This document shows positions 26,557 through 34,494 of a DNA stretch of 64,000 bases, in pieces (position 1 is the stretch's first letter; each line of letters begins with the position of its first letter). Under the pieces are notes generated by a model. The model saw only the letters and a list, made by a program, of their open reading frames with translations, was not told the DNA's origin and did no database searches. The DNA lies in the NCBI GenBank assembly GCA_964344485.1, contig CAYFNF010000005.1:23455-87454 (forward strand). Reading direction: 5' to 3'. A program made the translations under genes and the position numbers. Source of the stretch: an uncultured Gammaproteobacteria bacterium (lineage in GTDB: Bacteria; Patescibacteriota; Patescibacteriia; UBA9570; XYC2-FULL-38-9).

Positions 26557-27480
26557 CTAACTTTGGATTGCTGCTGTGAAGTCTTGTTTGCTTATATTTC
26601 CCCCGGATACAATACAAACAGCCGTATTGTATTTTTTCTCATCTTTATTGACAGCAGCATACGCTATTGCTCCTGCACCTTCAACGATCTCCCCTGTCTT
26701 CTCATATATCTCTTTCATGCTGCTCTTAATTTCTTCTTCTGTGAGTAATAAATAGTAATCCACATAGTGCTTAACCAGATCAAATGTAATAGTCTGTGGG
26801 TTTAAATTCACTGCTAGCTTCTCTGCCTGGGATGTGCGTACTTCTACTGGAGTGATTTTTTCATACTCTACAGCAGACACCATAGCGTGCATTGCTTGCG
26901 GTTGCACCCCAATAACTTGAATATCAGATTTCAATTTCTTAATAGCGATCGCGATACCTGCAATTAAACCGCCACCGCCAATTGGTACATACACCGCGCC
27001 TATGTCAGGTAGTTGCTCAAGCAACTCTAGCCCAATCGTTCCCTGTCCCGCAACCACCTGCTTATCATTGTACGGATGAATAAAGTGAATTCCTTCCTTT
27101 TTCGCGTACTCTTGCGCATATTGCTCGGTTTCAGCAAATGTATCAAGGCCATGCATAACAGTGTCAACAAGCTCTTTCATTTTTGCTTCACCTGCCTTTG
27201 GGGGATTCTTAATCATCATGCAAATGGTTTCAATTCCCAACTGTTTCCCAATATACCCAACTGCAAAACCGTGCGTCCCTAAAGCGGAAGTCATCACCAC
27301 CTTATCAGTCATGGCAGTCATGGCACTAGCTGCGCCTCTTATTTTAAACCCTTTCACAACCGGTTGCGTATTTTCCAACTTTAAAAACACCCCATCTGAT
27401 ATTTCATTTACTGCTGTCTTGTTAATATAGGGTTCAATCCTTTTTTTTGCTTGTTGTATGTCCGTATACTCGACTATCAT
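26557..27480 (-). CDS. PLP-dependent threonine dehydratase / serine racemase family enzyme (fold type II)
   Basis: KGFKIRGA PLP-lysine motif, glycine-rich GGGGLIAG loop, SGGN near the C-terminus. 307 aa (catabolic TdcB / EutB-like size). Confidence 0.8.
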   Translation of the reverse strand: MIVEYTDIQQAKKRIEPYINKTAVNEISDGVFLKLENTQPVVKGFKIRGAASAMTAMTDKVVMTSALGTHGFAVGYIGKQLGIETICMMIKNPPKAGEAKMKELVDTVMHGLDTFAETEQYAQEYAKKEGIHFIHPYNDKQVVAGQGTIGLELLEQLPDIGAVYVPIGGGGLIAGIAIAIKKLKSDIQVIGVQPQAMHAMVSAVEYEKITPVEVRTSQAEKLAVNLNPQTITFDLVKHYVDYYLLLTEEEIKSSMKEIYEKTGEIVEGAGAIAYAAVNKDEKKYNTAVCIVSGGNISKQDFTAAIQS

Positions 27481-28406
27481 ATTGATATCTTACTTATAAT
27501 ACTCGCGGCTAGTGCAGCGTCTGTTACTGGCAATCCATGATGCTTGAATACTATACGCATATTCTTCTCCACTGTATCATCTTTGTTTATCACCGATCCT
27601 ATCTCGCCTAATACCTCCACTGTATAATTCTCTTGTTTCGCAATATTCACTTCATCATACATAGGTAAATTCTTTTTCGCATCCAAAATGACAGCTGAAC
27701 TTCCAATTGTTTCTGCTGGAATCTCTTGGTCATTCTTCATAGCTCCCACACCAATAATTACAACATCATCTTTTACATCACCGTGCTTAAACACAGGGGT
27801 TTTTGACGTTGTTGCACAGACAATAACATCTGCTTTATGTACTGCTTGCTTGGAATCATCTGCTGCAATCACGGTGCCTTGCTCCACTTGTGATTCTATA
27901 TAAACAGCGGCTTCCTCACGGTGTTCTTTTGTGGGACTATAAAGAGTGATGTCTTGAATGCTTGGAAACAACTGTGCCAAGATAACACCGTGTGACCGTC
28001 CTTGCACTCCAGTTCCTAAGATTGCCAATCGTTCTGGTTCATTCGCGAGATGTTTTACTCCAACAGCTGAAGAAAGTGCTGTTCGAACTGACGCAAAATA
28101 CCTTCCTTCAATAATAGCTAAACAGACACCGGTTGTACTATTAAATACAAGTATATATGGATGCACACTAGGTAGATCGCGTTGCTTATTATTCCTAAAA
28201 TCACTTGCTTGTTTTGAAATAAAAAAATCTGTCCCAGTGATATACGAAGGAAATGAATAGAACATCCCATCATTTACTTCCATGGAAGTAGTTTCAGGAG
28301 TAACTGTATTACCCGCAGAAAAATCAGCGTAACTTTGTTCTATAAATGTATACGCTTCTTTAATGTCGACAATTTCCTCTACTTCTTTTTCTGTGATAAT
28401 TCTCAT
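27477..28406 (-). CDS. Ornithine cyclodeaminase / mu-crystallin family protein
   Basis: Rossmann LAILGTGVQGRSHG motif and OCD family architecture. ATGA overlap with the downstream PLP gene. Confidence 0.8.
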   Translation of the reverse strand: MRIITEKEVEEIVDIKEAYTFIEQSYADFSAGNTVTPETTSMEVNDGMFYSFPSYITGTDFFISKQASDFRNNKQRDLPSVHPYILVFNSTTGVCLAIIEGRYFASVRTALSSAVGVKHLANEPERLAILGTGVQGRSHGVILAQLFPSIQDITLYSPTKEHREEAAVYIESQVEQGTVIAADDSKQAVHKADVIVCATTSKTPVFKHGDVKDDVVIIGVGAMKNDQEIPAETIGSSAVILDAKKNLPMYDEVNIAKQENYTVEVLGEIGSVINKDDTVEKNMRIVFKHHGLPVTDAALAASIISKISI

Positions 28407-29542
28407 TACACTTTGTGCATACTAATATCTTGTATGATTCGCTGTAATTCCTTTAATGCGGTGTCTAGTTCTTCCTTAGTTGTAAAACGTGATAACGATA
28501 ATCTAATATTACCATGTATGTACTCCATAGGGCAGCGAATCGCTTTCATAACATGAGAAACATCCGTTGAGCTGGATGAGCATGCTGATCCCGTAGAGAC
28601 ATAGATTCCTTTCTTATCTAGTTCCTCTCGCACCTGCTCGCCCTCTATCATAAATAGCGATAAGTTAATGTTATTACATAAACGCTTCTCTCCTTCAGGG
28701 CCGTTCAATCGAACTTTATCATTCTGCAAGATTTTCTTAATAAATACATCACGCAATTCGGTAATCTGCTTAATTCCTAGAGTTGATGCATTGTTTACAG
28801 CTGCTGCGAAACCAACAATGCCGGCAATGTTTTCAGTTGAACTTCTCACTCCTGCTTCTTGTCCACCACCATGCAGCAACGGATCTAATTGAATTCCTTC
28901 TTTCATGTACAACGCACCTACTCCCTTTGGACCATGAATTTTGTGCGCATTGATAGTCATCATGTCGATCCCGTCCGAAGTCACATTGATAGGGACCTTA
29001 GTAAAGCTCTGACAAGCGTCTGTATGAAACAATACGTCCTTACTTTTACAGATCTTACTTATCTCTTGTAGATCTTGAATGGTTCCAATCTCATTATTCC
29101 CATGAATAATAGAGACAACCATAGTCTTGTCGGTAATTGCAGCTGACAATTCTCCACAGTCTATAAATCCTTGCTCGTCAACTTCCAAATAGGTTACTTT
29201 CGCTCCTTGCCCTTCTAACCATTCACACGTATGTAAGATACAATCATGCTCAATGGCGGTTGTTATAATATGATCCTTCTCCGGATAATGACGGAAAAAT
29301 AAGCCTTTCAAAGCGAGGTTGTTTGCCTCAGTGCCACTTCCTGTAAAGAAGAGCTCTGTGGCTTGCGCTCCAATGCTTGCAGCGATTGTAGACCTAGCTT
29401 GATCGATCGCTTTTTTTGCTGCTTGCCCCATCTTATGAACTGAGGAAGCGTTACCGTACTCATCTTCGAGATACCGGTCCATCTCCTCTTTCACTCGCGG
29501 ATCAACTATGGTTGTCGCTGCGTTGTCAAGATATATTCTCAT
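28406..29542 (-). CDS. Class-V aminotransferase / cysteine desulfurase-like (NifS/IscS/SufS family)
   Basis: SGHKIHGPKGVGALYMK PLP-lysine motif, GGGQE, C-terminal RLSLSRFTT. Confidence 0.85.
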   Translation of the reverse strand: MRIYLDNAATTIVDPRVKEEMDRYLEDEYGNASSVHKMGQAAKKAIDQARSTIAASIGAQATELFFTGSGTEANNLALKGLFFRHYPEKDHIITTAIEHDCILHTCEWLEGQGAKVTYLEVDEQGFIDCGELSAAITDKTMVVSIIHGNNEIGTIQDLQEISKICKSKDVLFHTDACQSFTKVPINVTSDGIDMMTINAHKIHGPKGVGALYMKEGIQLDPLLHGGGQEAGVRSSTENIAGIVGFAAAVNNASTLGIKQITELRDVFIKKILQNDKVRLNGPEGEKRLCNNINLSLFMIEGEQVREELDKKGIYVSTGSACSSSSTDVSHVMKAIRCPMEYIHGNIRLSLSRFTTKEELDTALKELQRIIQDISMHKV

Positions 29543-30282
29543 ACGGATTGCATATCAAAACTTGTTACCACCTGGTCTTTTAACATATAGACATTGATAA
29601 TGTTTAAATTATCATAGAAATACTTTGCGACCACCCGCCCTTTTTCTATTGCAAAATAGTTAGGAATATTTATTTCATTTTCAGAATCCACATAGTAAAA
29701 ATTTAAGCTTGAGGTGAATCCATCTTGCTTATGTTGATATGCATACGCGGACATAATTAATGGACATGCTGCAATACCGTACTTATCATTCGGATTCGGC
29801 CGCGACAATGTAATACGCCGGCCATCAACGGGATTGATAAACCAATAAGCATCACTTTTTAATTTAATATAATCAGCTTTGGCTTTTATTTTTTTTAGGA
29901 GTTCTTTTTTTCCGCGATTTCGCATGTGCTTCTCCCAATATATATTTAGCTCTTCATGCGGGATCTCATATAAATCCATCAAGTCTATATATTCAGGAGG
30001 GGGGACATGATTTTCTATTACCTCATCTGATTTTATATTGCATACTTTCTCCTTTGCATCACATACACCACCCATATTATTAATCAAAACACCTAGACCT
30101 ACCTTCTTTCCTTTTTTCTTTGCTAAAGAATACATCTTTAGCGCTGCCTCGAATGAATCTATTGTTCCTTGATTCATATTCGCGCTTCCGTCAGACATCA
30201 CCATATAGTGTCCGCCAGTAATTATCATATTGTCTGTTAGGCTCTTCTCAAATTGCTCTTGTTTAAACTTATTCATATTCAT
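29539..30282 (-). CDS. Hypothetical protein, first gene of the 4-gene operon
   Basis: 247 aa. No recognised motif beyond TGGHYMVMSDGS. Its stop overlaps the aminotransferase start by 4 nt. Confidence 0.55.
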   Translation of the reverse strand: MNMNKFKQEQFEKSLTDNMIITGGHYMVMSDGSANMNQGTIDSFEAALKMYSLAKKKGKKVGLGVLINNMGGVCDAKEKVCNIKSDEVIENHVPPPEYIDLMDLYEIPHEELNIYWEKHMRNRGKKELLKKIKAKADYIKLKSDAYWFINPVDGRRITLSRPNPNDKYGIAACPLIMSAYAYQHKQDGFTSSLNFYYVDSENEINIPNYFAIEKGRVVAKYFYDNLNIINVYMLKDQVVTSFDMQSV

Positions 30283-30407
30283 TTATTAATCCAATAATAT
30301 TATCAATTCGTAAAAAAAATGTCAAGTGGAATTACGTTTAGCAAAAAATAGTATTTATATTTTTGTATTTTGCTCTATACAGTTAAATAAAATGTGATAA
30401 TCTGCTA

Positions 30408-31469
30408 TTGATTTTGACAAATGCACTATTTCTTGCTATTATTATGACAATACCTCAAAAAATAAAAATAGAAATTAGCACAATGCTCGATCTTGACCGA
30501 TTAGATAGGCAAATACTCTCACTTCTAGACCAAAATGGTAGGTTTTCGGTTGCTGAAATAGCGCGTCATCTAAATGTATCGCGACAGCTAGTAAATGTTC
30601 GATTAAAAAAGCTAGAAGCGAATAACGCGATACTCGGTTATTATACCATCTTTGATAGTGGAAAGGTTGGTTACTATATATATCGAGCGTTAGTTCGTCT
30701 ACTAAATATCTCTCCTCAACAAAGAGAAGAGATCTTAGCATATCTACAACACCACCCACATATCATGTGGTTGGGTGAAATTGGTGGAAGCTGGGATATT
30801 ATGATGAATTTTATCTGCCGTGGTCATATAGACTTTAATGAGATAGCAGAAGAAATATCAGAGAAGTTTGGTGCGTTCATAAATAAGATGGAAATTCTTG
30901 TATATGTTGATATTCATGACTATTCTCGTTCGTACCTTGATCCAGAATATCCAGTACGGAAAGAGTTCTACCATCGTATGCAGGAAGACAAATCAATAGA
31001 GCTAGATGATTTAGATAGAAATATTATCGGAATGATTTCCACTAATGCGCGCATTGAGTACACGGCATTAGGCAATCAACTTCAGGTATCAAGAAATACC
31101 GTAAAAAAAAGGATTGATCAATTAATACAGAACAAAGTAATACTAGGTTTTCGCGCCTTTCCTAATATTGCGGAGATAGGATATCAATCTCATGTATTAT
31201 TGCTTGAAATAACAAAACTAGATCCTGAGAGAGAAACAGAACTATACTATTTCCTACAAATGATTCCGCAAGTAACATTTGTAGTGAAGCACTTAGAACG
31301 ATGGAAGGTAAGCGTGGAAATTGAGACAGTTTCAAATCGCGAATATCAAGAGATCCTGCAAAAAATTCGCTCCAACTTTAGTGACATCATCAGCGATTAC
31401 GATACCTTCCCACTTCTCAAAGACTTAGTAGTAAATTATTTTCCAAAAGGCATTTTGGAGCAGGGGTAA
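30408..31469 (+). CDS. Tandem Lrp/AsnC-family transcriptional regulator (two HTH_AsnC + RAM modules)
   Basis: LDRLDRQILSLLDQNGRFSVAEIARHLNVSRQLVNVRLKKLE and a second LDDLDRNIIGMISTNARIEYTALGNQLQVSRNTVKKRIDQL HTH. Divergent from the operon. Confidence 0.75.
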   Translation: MILTNALFLAIIMTIPQKIKIEISTMLDLDRLDRQILSLLDQNGRFSVAEIARHLNVSRQLVNVRLKKLEANNAILGYYTIFDSGKVGYYIYRALVRLLNISPQQREEILAYLQHHPHIMWLGEIGGSWDIMMNFICRGHIDFNEIAEEISEKFGAFINKMEILVYVDIHDYSRSYLDPEYPVRKEFYHRMQEDKSIELDDLDRNIIGMISTNARIEYTALGNQLQVSRNTVKKRIDQLIQNKVILGFRAFPNIAEIGYQSHVLLLEITKLDPERETELYYFLQMIPQVTFVVKHLERWKVSVEIETVSNREYQEILQKIRSNFSDIISDYDTFPLLKDLVVNYFPKGILEQG

Positions 31470-31472
31470 ACT

Positions 31473-31510
31473 GCGCCACGGACCAATGCTCTTTTTTTTA
31501 TTTCCGAAAA
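31473..31510 (+). repeat. 38-nt direct repeat, copy 2 (gcgccacggaccaatgctcttttttttatttccgaaaa)
   Basis: Begins 4 nt after the regulator stop codon. See copy 1 at 26481-26517. Confidence 0.7.
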
Positions 31511-31537
31511 AAAACCGTTGTTCCTGAAACAGGAAGC
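31505..31537 (-). terminator. Terminator of the islet E gene (ttcctg-aaa-caggaa then T9 on minus strand)
   Basis: Stem 31521-31535. The minus-strand continuation is caacggttttttttt. Confidence 0.5.
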
Positions 31538-31551
31538 GAACGGTGAGAACG

Positions 31552-31944
31552 CTACGGGGTGGTGTCCGGACGCAGGTCAGCGATACGCTGCTGCGTGGGC
31601 GGATGCATCTCGGTGAGCTCCATGAGGTGCTCCCACACCTCCAAGGTCATGGTCGTGCCGCCCATCAGACCAAGCACGAACTGCTCCTTGGTATTCATCC
31701 GGATGCGGATGTTCAGGTACCGGCCCTGGCGCCAGACCCGAGTGATCGATGCGTAGCTGTACTGCCCGAACATGACCTGATGCAGTACACGCATTTCGAG
31801 GTCGAACACGAAGATGCTGCCTGCATCAGCGTAGATCACGGTCCGTGCTTCTGCACGGAACAGCAGCCAGTCCACGGTGTGGAACGGCCGTACCACGATC
31901 TCGCGGATACCCCGTGCTCCCTTTAGGATGACGTCGTTTGCCAT
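31552..31944 (-). CDS. Islet E: hypothetical protein (130 aa, GC-rich)
   Basis: GGAGGAAG RBS (plus tcctcc 31952-31957), 7 nt before the ATG at 31944. Better amino-acid composition than the antisense 31543..31926 ORF. Confidence 0.5.
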   Translation of the reverse strand: MANDVILKGARGIREIVVRPFHTVDWLLFRAEARTVIYADAGSIFVFDLEMRVLHQVMFGQYSYASITRVWRQGRYLNIRIRMNTKEQFVLGLMGGTTMTLEVWEHLMELTEMHPPTQQRIADLRPDTTP

Positions 31945-31970
31945 TGGCTCTTCCTCCGGTGGTTGCGTAG

Positions 31971-32014
31971 ATAAGCAAAAGCGCCTCCCTGCAGGGAGAC
32001 GCGTTCTTGCTTAT
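31971..32014. promoter_or_regulatory. Long (~19-bp, interrupted) palindromic hairpin upstream of the islet E RBS / downstream of OCD-2
   Basis: ataagcaa-aa-gcgcctccctg|cagggagacgc-gtt-cttgcttat centred on CTGCAG. It could be the OCD-2 terminator or a leader structure analogous to the islet A hairpin. Confidence 0.4.
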
Positions 32015-32214
32015 ACACACGACACATCCACTACAGGGGCTCTGTAGAGGATGAAGATGAAACAAATTGTCTTGTTTGCTTCGTATGCATGCACCTAGTG
32101 TATAGTGCTCAGCATATTTGTCAAATGGGCGTGATTTTGATTCACAATTCGCCACGTTTGCCCCATTATTAAGGCGTAATTGCACTCGCTCGATTTGTTG
32201 TTTCTAACAACACC

Positions 32215-33264
32215 TTACAATACTCTATCCAACGGTGCATATGATGGCTCTTCTGTGTAACAGACAGTCCGCTGCTCTGATTTTAAAAGAGTGAAGAGAT
32301 TTTTTGGGTCGTTCACTAGCGGCAAGACATCAATATGCGTACCGATCCCTTTCTCGTGAAGCAATCGAAGTATTGAGAAGTCAGCTAACGCAAACCCAAC
32401 AGAATCAAAGAGTATTAATTCCTTCCCTTGTCGCCCCTGCTTCTCTCCCTGTACTACTTCCCATAACTCGGAGTACTCTGGCTCGTGCTCCAAGTTTTGA
32501 ATCTCGCCTTCGTGCTTTGTTTGTTCATAGAACTCCACTACGATGCGACTGTTTCTCACTACTTCAGGATCGATCTCGGTCTTGCCTTCACAGTCTCCGC
32601 CCATGGCGTTTATAAACAACCCTTCGTGCTGTTGAATCGCGCTATACGGAAACAGCTCCACGTGTGCTTTTTCACAAATGCAGGTAGTCAGTATGTCTAC
32701 TCCTTTCACTACTTCCTCTCCACTCGAACAAGCGATCAAGTGAACGTCTTTCTCTTTCATGTTCACAGCAAACTTTTTCATTGCTTGTGTATCACGGTCA
32801 TAGTAGCGAATCGTATGAACGTCAAAGAGCTCCAGCATGGCCGTAACCTGGAACTCTGACTGCGCTCCAGTACCAATCAGCCCGAGTACTTGTGCATTCT
32901 TCTTTGCTAAGTACTGTGCTGCGATAGCAGACGTCGCTGCAGTTCGGAACGCTGTCAGAATGGTCATGTCGCAAAACAGCAATGGAAAGCCGGTTTCTAC
33001 ATCCGCGAGCATACCGGTTGCGACAATTGATGACTTCCCAAGCTCAGGATTTCCTGGATGGCCGTTCACGTATTTATACGAATAGAACTGTTCGTCAGCG
33101 CACGGCATAAGCTCGCAGACACCGTGCTTGTAATGCGTGACGTGACGAGGGCTTTTTTTAAATTCCTGCCACCGTTTCAGATCCTGCTCGAGATAGCGGA
33201 TGGCGTCAGTGAGTAGTTTTTCAGTTGTGAGTTGCGCAATATCCTGCGCGGTAATTATTTTCAT
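32215..33264 (-). CDS. Ornithine cyclodeaminase / mu-crystallin family protein, second paralog
   Basis: VLGLIGTGAQSEFQVTAM Rossmann motif, OCD-family length (349 aa). Confidence 0.8.
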   Translation of the reverse strand: MKIITAQDIAQLTTEKLLTDAIRYLEQDLKRWQEFKKSPRHVTHYKHGVCELMPCADEQFYSYKYVNGHPGNPELGKSSIVATGMLADVETGFPLLFCDMTILTAFRTAATSAIAAQYLAKKNAQVLGLIGTGAQSEFQVTAMLELFDVHTIRYYDRDTQAMKKFAVNMKEKDVHLIACSSGEEVVKGVDILTTCICEKAHVELFPYSAIQQHEGLFINAMGGDCEGKTEIDPEVVRNSRIVVEFYEQTKHEGEIQNLEHEPEYSELWEVVQGEKQGRQGKELILFDSVGFALADFSILRLLHEKGIGTHIDVLPLVNDPKNLFTLLKSEQRTVCYTEEPSYAPLDRVL

Positions 33265-33292
33265 AGTTATAGATTTATTGATTAAAGCAAAA

Positions 33293-33312
33293 ACCCGCGG
33301 CGTGCGGGCTTT
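33293..33312. terminator. Hairpin cccgcgg-cgtg-cgggc flanked by A and T runs
   Basis: aaaaacccgcggcgtgcgggctttgaaaag. Confidence 0.45.
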
Positions 33313-33611
33313 GAAAAGATGATTATTATATAGTTAACAATTCATACCGCATCCGGGGGGAAATTCGAACACAGGGGGAACTGGCATGGTTCCGTATTCT
33401 GAATACTGTTTTGTGCGGTGTTTGTGATTCATAAGTGCACGTAGTATATACAACGTCATAACTACTGTCAATTATGTGCCTCTCATTGACAGAAACTCCT
33501 GTAATGATACATTCAAATTGAAGTAGCGGTCTTGTAGACTGCAGATAGAAAACGAGGGGGCGTCCCTCTATTTTTGTCTGCAGCACTCAACCGCTGCTAT
33601 CGGGATCATTC

Positions 33612-33989
33612 ATGCATCTGCTTCTACTCGTTCAGACCGCGTGGTACCACCGGAGCCAGGTGGTGCAAGATCGCATTCGCCGACAATTCGACCGCAACGT
33701 GCCAGGCGTCGTCCTGCCTCGGGCCGTGGTCGGAGGTGACGATCAGCTCGACGAAGCGCTCGCTCGCGCCGCGTTCATCACGCTGCTGACCAGCATGACA
33801 GGCGACGCCAGCAGCTTCCAGGTGGTCAGCTACACCCTCGAGCGGCGTGGCGACGACGAGCTGTGCTTCACGTTCGACCTCGAAGAGTCCGGCTGGACTT
33901 TCAAGCGGCCACAGCCTGGTGCGCATCACGTCTCCACCATTCGAGTGCGACTCGTGGACACCAGCACGCTCGCTGTGGTCGAGGCCTGA
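33612..33989 (+). CDS. Islet F: hypothetical protein (125 aa; strand ambiguous)
   Basis: GC-rich ORF. The antisense 33624..33929 ORF also has a GGTGGAG RBS, so the coding strand is unresolved. A plus-oriented hairpin plus T-run (33554-33575) precedes it. Confidence 0.3.
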   Translation: MHLLLLVQTAWYHRSQVVQDRIRRQFDRNVPGVVLPRAVVGGDDQLDEALARAAFITLLTSMTGDASSFQVVSYTLERRGDDELCFTFDLEESGWTFKRPQPGAHHVSTIRVRLVDTSTLAVVEA

Positions 33990-34135
33990 CCCAAGGCTAG
34001 CAGTCCGGGTTCAGACCCACACTGCTCCTTGCAGAGCCGCATCCCACGCGACGCCATTTCTGTACAATCGACGTCTCGGCCTCTCGCGTTCTTTTTTATT
34101 ACAAAGCCGCGCACTTGATGGCGCGGCGCTTGTTG

Positions 34136-34146
34136 GCACCCGCACG
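34136..34146 (+). repeat. Degenerate duplicate of the tRNA-Glu 3-prime segment (gcacccgcacg + gaatcg..cc.gg)
   Basis: 11/11 identical to 34299-34309. About 24 of 29 nt are similar over the T-arm / acceptor 3-prime half. It lies 163 bp from the intact tRNA, at the edge of islet F. Confidence 0.4.
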
Positions 34147-34299
34147 AAGAATCGGTTCCGGGGTTGGCGGTAGCGTGCCGCTGGCACCCTACCGATCGTT
34201 CAGCTGCGCTACGCTTGCTTCACTTCCAACCCTTCAATTTCCCGCCGCAGGATAATTAAAGAAAATCCGCCCCTCTTTGAGGGACGGATTATTCTTAAG

Positions 34300-34371
34300 C
34301 ACCCGCACGGGGAATCGAACCCCGGCTGCCAGGATGAAAACCTGGTGTCCTAACCACTAGACGATGCGGGC
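34300..34371 (-). tRNA. tRNA-Glu (anticodon UUC)
   Basis: Reverse complement: GCCCGCA TC GTCT AGTGGTTAG GACA C CAGG TTTTCAT CCTGG CAGC CGGGG TTCGATT CCCCG TGCGGGT G. Anticodon loop TT-TTC-AT, discriminator G, no CCA. Terminator-like hairpin at 34262-34292. Confidence 0.85.
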
Positions 34372-34494
34372 ATATCTATAAATAGACTTGAAATATCATA
34401 GATGAATGTAACTTGCTTGTCAAGATTACTATCTAATATAACATTCTATTATATAAAAACCCCACAGTCGTGGAGTTTTTTATTCGTATATTAA

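Noticed and set aside
31543-31926. Plus-strand 127-aa ORF antisense to the islet E gene
   Set aside because: His/Arg/Pro-rich odd composition and no RBS. The minus-strand ORF has a GGAGGAAG RBS and its own terminator.
33326-33586. 86-aa minus-strand ORF between OCD-2 and islet F
   Set aside because: Lies across two terminator hairpins in an intergenic region. No start context. Likely non-coding.
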